The translations under genes were made by a program, and so were the position numbers. Shown one piece after another: positions 61,462-64,000 of a DNA stretch of 64,000 bases. How positions within the stretch are numbered: the stretch's first letter is position 1; each line of letters opens with the position of its first letter. The stretch comes from Spirochaetales bacterium (lineage in GTDB: Bacteria > Spirochaetota > Spirochaetia > JABEVK01): NCBI GenBank assembly GCA_037142615.1, contig JBAXAI010000001.1, positions 448,001 to 512,000 of the forward strand. Reading direction: 5' to 3'. The notes beneath the pieces are model-generated. The model ran no database searches, was not told the origin of the DNA, and saw nothing but the letters and a program-made list of their open reading frames with translations.

Positions 61462-64000
61462 TTACCAGATACCGACCCGCAGTCCCGTCGAGAACGTCGG
61501 AACCGCCTTGGCTTCGATTTCCGACGAGATAAACCACATTGTCGCCTCGCCGTACCAACTGTAGGTGCGGAAGAACATTTGGTTCTTGAGGGTGACCTTG
61601 GCCCACTCCCACTGCCCCAGCAGGGAACCCAGGAAGACTGGTTTTGCCTCGGTACCGGAGAAATCCAGAAACTTGTCGCTCATCGAGAACAGCGAGAAGT
61701 TCGCCCCGACGGCGGCAGACATCGAGAACCAGTCCCAGTCGGGACCGAAAAAGTACGAAAACGGGATATTGGCAATATTGGCAATGAGTTTGACCCCGGC
61801 GATTGTTCCCGAGAAACGAGACGGCGGGGCCTGACCGATTTGGGCCTGCAGCTTGACCGCGTCGTTCGAGAACGAAAACCCGACGGCCTGTTCCCACCAC
61901 GTGGCACCCCAGAAGTGACTGTCGGTGTACAGGCCCTGGATGAAGGTTGGCGCACCGTAGCCCGACTTGTCACCCTCGCGCAACGCGATCTCTACCTTTG
62001 TTTTCCCGGTAGGATCCGAGGTGTAGCCCGAGAGGTCTATCTTGCCGTACACCCGCGAGTTTTCAAGAGACTTGGTCAAATTGACCGTCGTGGGAGTTTG
62101 GCTGACGTAAACGATCATCCGCTGGACGGCCGTGGAACCATCGGCGAACTTGGCGCGGAACACCAACGGAAGCGGGCCATCGGGCAGATCCAGCGACTCG
62201 AGGCGATACTTCCACGACTCGTTGCCTACGGCCTTGGTGAAGGTCTTTCCGTTGTCGAGGGACACTTCCACGGCCGACACGAGGTGGCCCGGGTCGATGG
62301 TAGATCCTCCTGAGGTGTCCTGAATCGACATCCAGCCGGCAATCCCTTCGATGTAGGGTCGGTTGGTGACAAACGAGCCGTTGTGAAAGTTCACCACCTG
62401 GAGGTAGGGTCCCTCGGGTTCGAAAATGATCTTGCGGGGTTCGCTGACAATGGTCACGGTGTCGGTCAGCTGAACGGATGCCTGAACCTCGTGCTCGCCC
62501 CGGTCCAACAGGTCAGCGTAGACGTCAACCTGAAAGTAGCCCTTGGCATCGACATCGACGGCAACTTTAGTCTTGCCATCGATATTGAGCAGGGCCTTGG
62601 TGACTTTGGCCCGGGTCGTTACCTGCCCTGCGATGGTAAACAAACCGCTGCGGGTCTCTCCAGCGAGCGGATAGAGAAGCTCGATCTTGTCGAAGCTCGT
62701 CGCCGAGCCTATCTGGATGTTTCGGGCCAGGTAGGTCGCGTTTCCGGCGGCATCGCGTGCTTCGAGGCGAAGGTTGTACCAGCCCGGGGTCATGGCTTCG
62801 AGCGGAAACTCCTGACTAAAGGTAGGCGTGGTCGGTAGGTCGTAAATCTGCACGGAGACCGGGACTGCCGTTGCAACTGTCGGGTGGCCCGCTGTCGACT
62901 GGTCGGGGGTTTCGATCAGTCGCAGCATCGCTTTGAGACTCTGGAGCGTGACGTTGTCGCTGCTTCGACCTTCCAGTTTCAGCACATCGAGCAGGGGCTG
63001 CCCATCGGTAGGGGTATTGAGCGTTACTTGAGGCGGGGTGTTGTCGAGGTTGAACAGGCTGGTGTAGAGCGCTTCGACGTCGTAATTGTCGATGGTACGG
63101 ATCAATACTGAGTAGGTACCGTCCTTGAGGGTCTTGGTGTCGAAGCGCCACTCCCATTCCTGACGTTCTTTCGGCTGAAACTGCTTCGCAAGAGGATCAG
63201 TCGTCGCCGCCAGCAGAAGCTCTTCCTTCTTACGGAAGTCGGCACGGTTCCAGCTCAGGCCGTTATCCAGCGAAATCGCGACTTCCTTGATCCCGTTGCG
63301 GTCGAGCCCGGCACCGATCAGACTGACCACACCGCTCACCGTCTTCTGGATGTCGGGGGCAAGAAGAAGGGCCTGGGGCTGAGACAACGAGACTCGGAAC
63401 GTGGAACTGAAGAGATTGCCCTTGGTTCCGTAGAGGTCCTCGGCCTGCATTTCGATGAGGTGTTCGTTGTCGTTGAACAACTTCAAGGGCTCGTTCACGG
63501 TAAAGCTGGTAGCGTTGTCGATACGGGTCCAGGGGCCACCGTCAATGCGGTACGACACTGATTTTACTCCATCGTCATCGAAAACCATGCCGGTAAGCTT
63601 GAAGTCAGTCTGCACGACCTCCCCGTTGGCCGGAGTCTGGATCTGGACCACGGGCTTGTCGGCTTCCTGATCGATTGTAAACTGGACTGGCGTTACGGAC
63701 TGGTTGCCCGCAATATCGGTCGCTCTGACATACCAGCGCTCGGGTATGCGGATGTAGGAGGCGAAGTCGAGGTTGAAGCGGAAGACATCGGTGCCGTCGG
63801 CGGGCCGGTACACTTTGCCATCCTCGCTGTACTCAATCAAGGCGATCGCGCTGGTATCTTCGGCGGTTCCCACAATGGAGGTCAGGCCATTCACCTTGAA
63901 GTCCACTGGTGGCGTCACTTTGGTGATCACTGGGGGTGAAGTATCCTTGGTGACCCACCGCTCGGCTGTGGTCTGGTGGCCGCCTTTGTCGGAGGTCCGG
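61462..64000 (-). CDS. Large multi-Ig-like-domain surface protein, 5' end beyond the window, with putative C-terminal beta-barrel
   Basis: Repeated ~100-aa units (GTAED/GMVFDDDGV/GAGLDRNGI/GRSSDNV, AxDxAGN, DNTPP); amphipathic C-terminus ending TGLRVGIW. Confidence 0.8.
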   Translation of the reverse strand, partial: RTSDKGGHQTTAERWVTKDTSPPVITKVTPPVDFKVNGLTSIVGTAEDTSAIALIEYSEDGKVYRPADGTDVFRFNLDFASYIRIPERWYVRATDIAGNQSVTPVQFTIDQEADKPVVQIQTPANGEVVQTDFKLTGMVFDDDGVKSVSYRIDGGPWTRIDNATSFTVNEPLKLFNDNEHLIEMQAEDLYGTKGNLFSSTFRVSLSQPQALLLAPDIQKTVSGVVSLIGAGLDRNGIKEVAISLDNGLSWNRADFRKKEELLLAATTDPLAKQFQPKERQEWEWRFDTKTLKDGTYSVLIRTIDNYDVEALYTSLFNLDNTPPQVTLNTPTDGQPLLDVLKLEGRSSDNVTLQSLKAMLRLIETPDQSTAGHPTVATAVPVSVQIYDLPTTPTFSQEFPLEAMTPGWYNLRLEARDAAGNATYLARNIQIGSATSFDKIELLYPLAGETRSGLFTIAGQVTTRAKVTKALLNIDGKTKVAVDVDAKGYFQVDVYADLLDRGEHEVQASVQLTDTVTIVSEPRKIIFEPEGPYLQVVNFHNGSFVTNRPYIEGIAGWMSIQDTSGGSTIDPGHLVSAVEVSLDNGKTFTKAVGNESWKYRLESLDLPDGPLPLVFRAKFADGSTAVQRMIVYVSQTPTTVNLTKSLENSRVYGKIDLSGYTSDPTGKTKVEIALREGDKSGYGAPTFIQGLYTDSHFWGATWWEQAVGFSFSNDAVKLQAQIGQAPPSRFSGTIAGVKLIANIANIPFSYFFGPDWDWFSMSAAVGANFSLFSMSDKFLDFSGTEAKPVFLGSLLGQWEWAKVTLKNQMFFRTYSWYGEATMWFISSEIEAKAVPTFSTGLRVGIW

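Overview
GC-rich bacterial chromosome segment, most likely from a free-living spirochete. The basis is flgF-flgG-short flgJ, a flgN-flgK-flgL-fliW-csrA operon with sigma28-like promoters, ComFB and several TPR genes. Positions 1-9711 are an accessory island at the 3' end of tRNA-Thr(CGT). It looks like a tandem array of eroded sibling integrative elements: a repeated att/terminator/doc block and three separate N-formylglutamate-amidohydrolase remnants. Four toxin-antitoxin modules (HipBST-like, AbrB-PIN, AbrB-Doc, MNT-HEPN) and an AAA-DUF4143 gene remain intact, while AbiE, MNT, HNH and IS21 genes are fragments. The rest is mostly core genome. The most striking core feature is a 1413-aa secreted protein (24327-28568) with several collinear motifs resembling the type IX secretion translocon SprA. 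It overlaps comFB and is followed by two paralogous putative beta-barrel proteins (one with a FecR domain), with TPR genes nearby. Also notable are an unannotated 45-aa basic protein with its own promoter and terminator, many apparently leaderless genes, a degenerate cyclase-STAND-TPR protein beside an RsbU/V/W-type module, and a metallophosphoesterase plus ParB-like pair. All family calls come from motif recognition by eye; no database searches were run.
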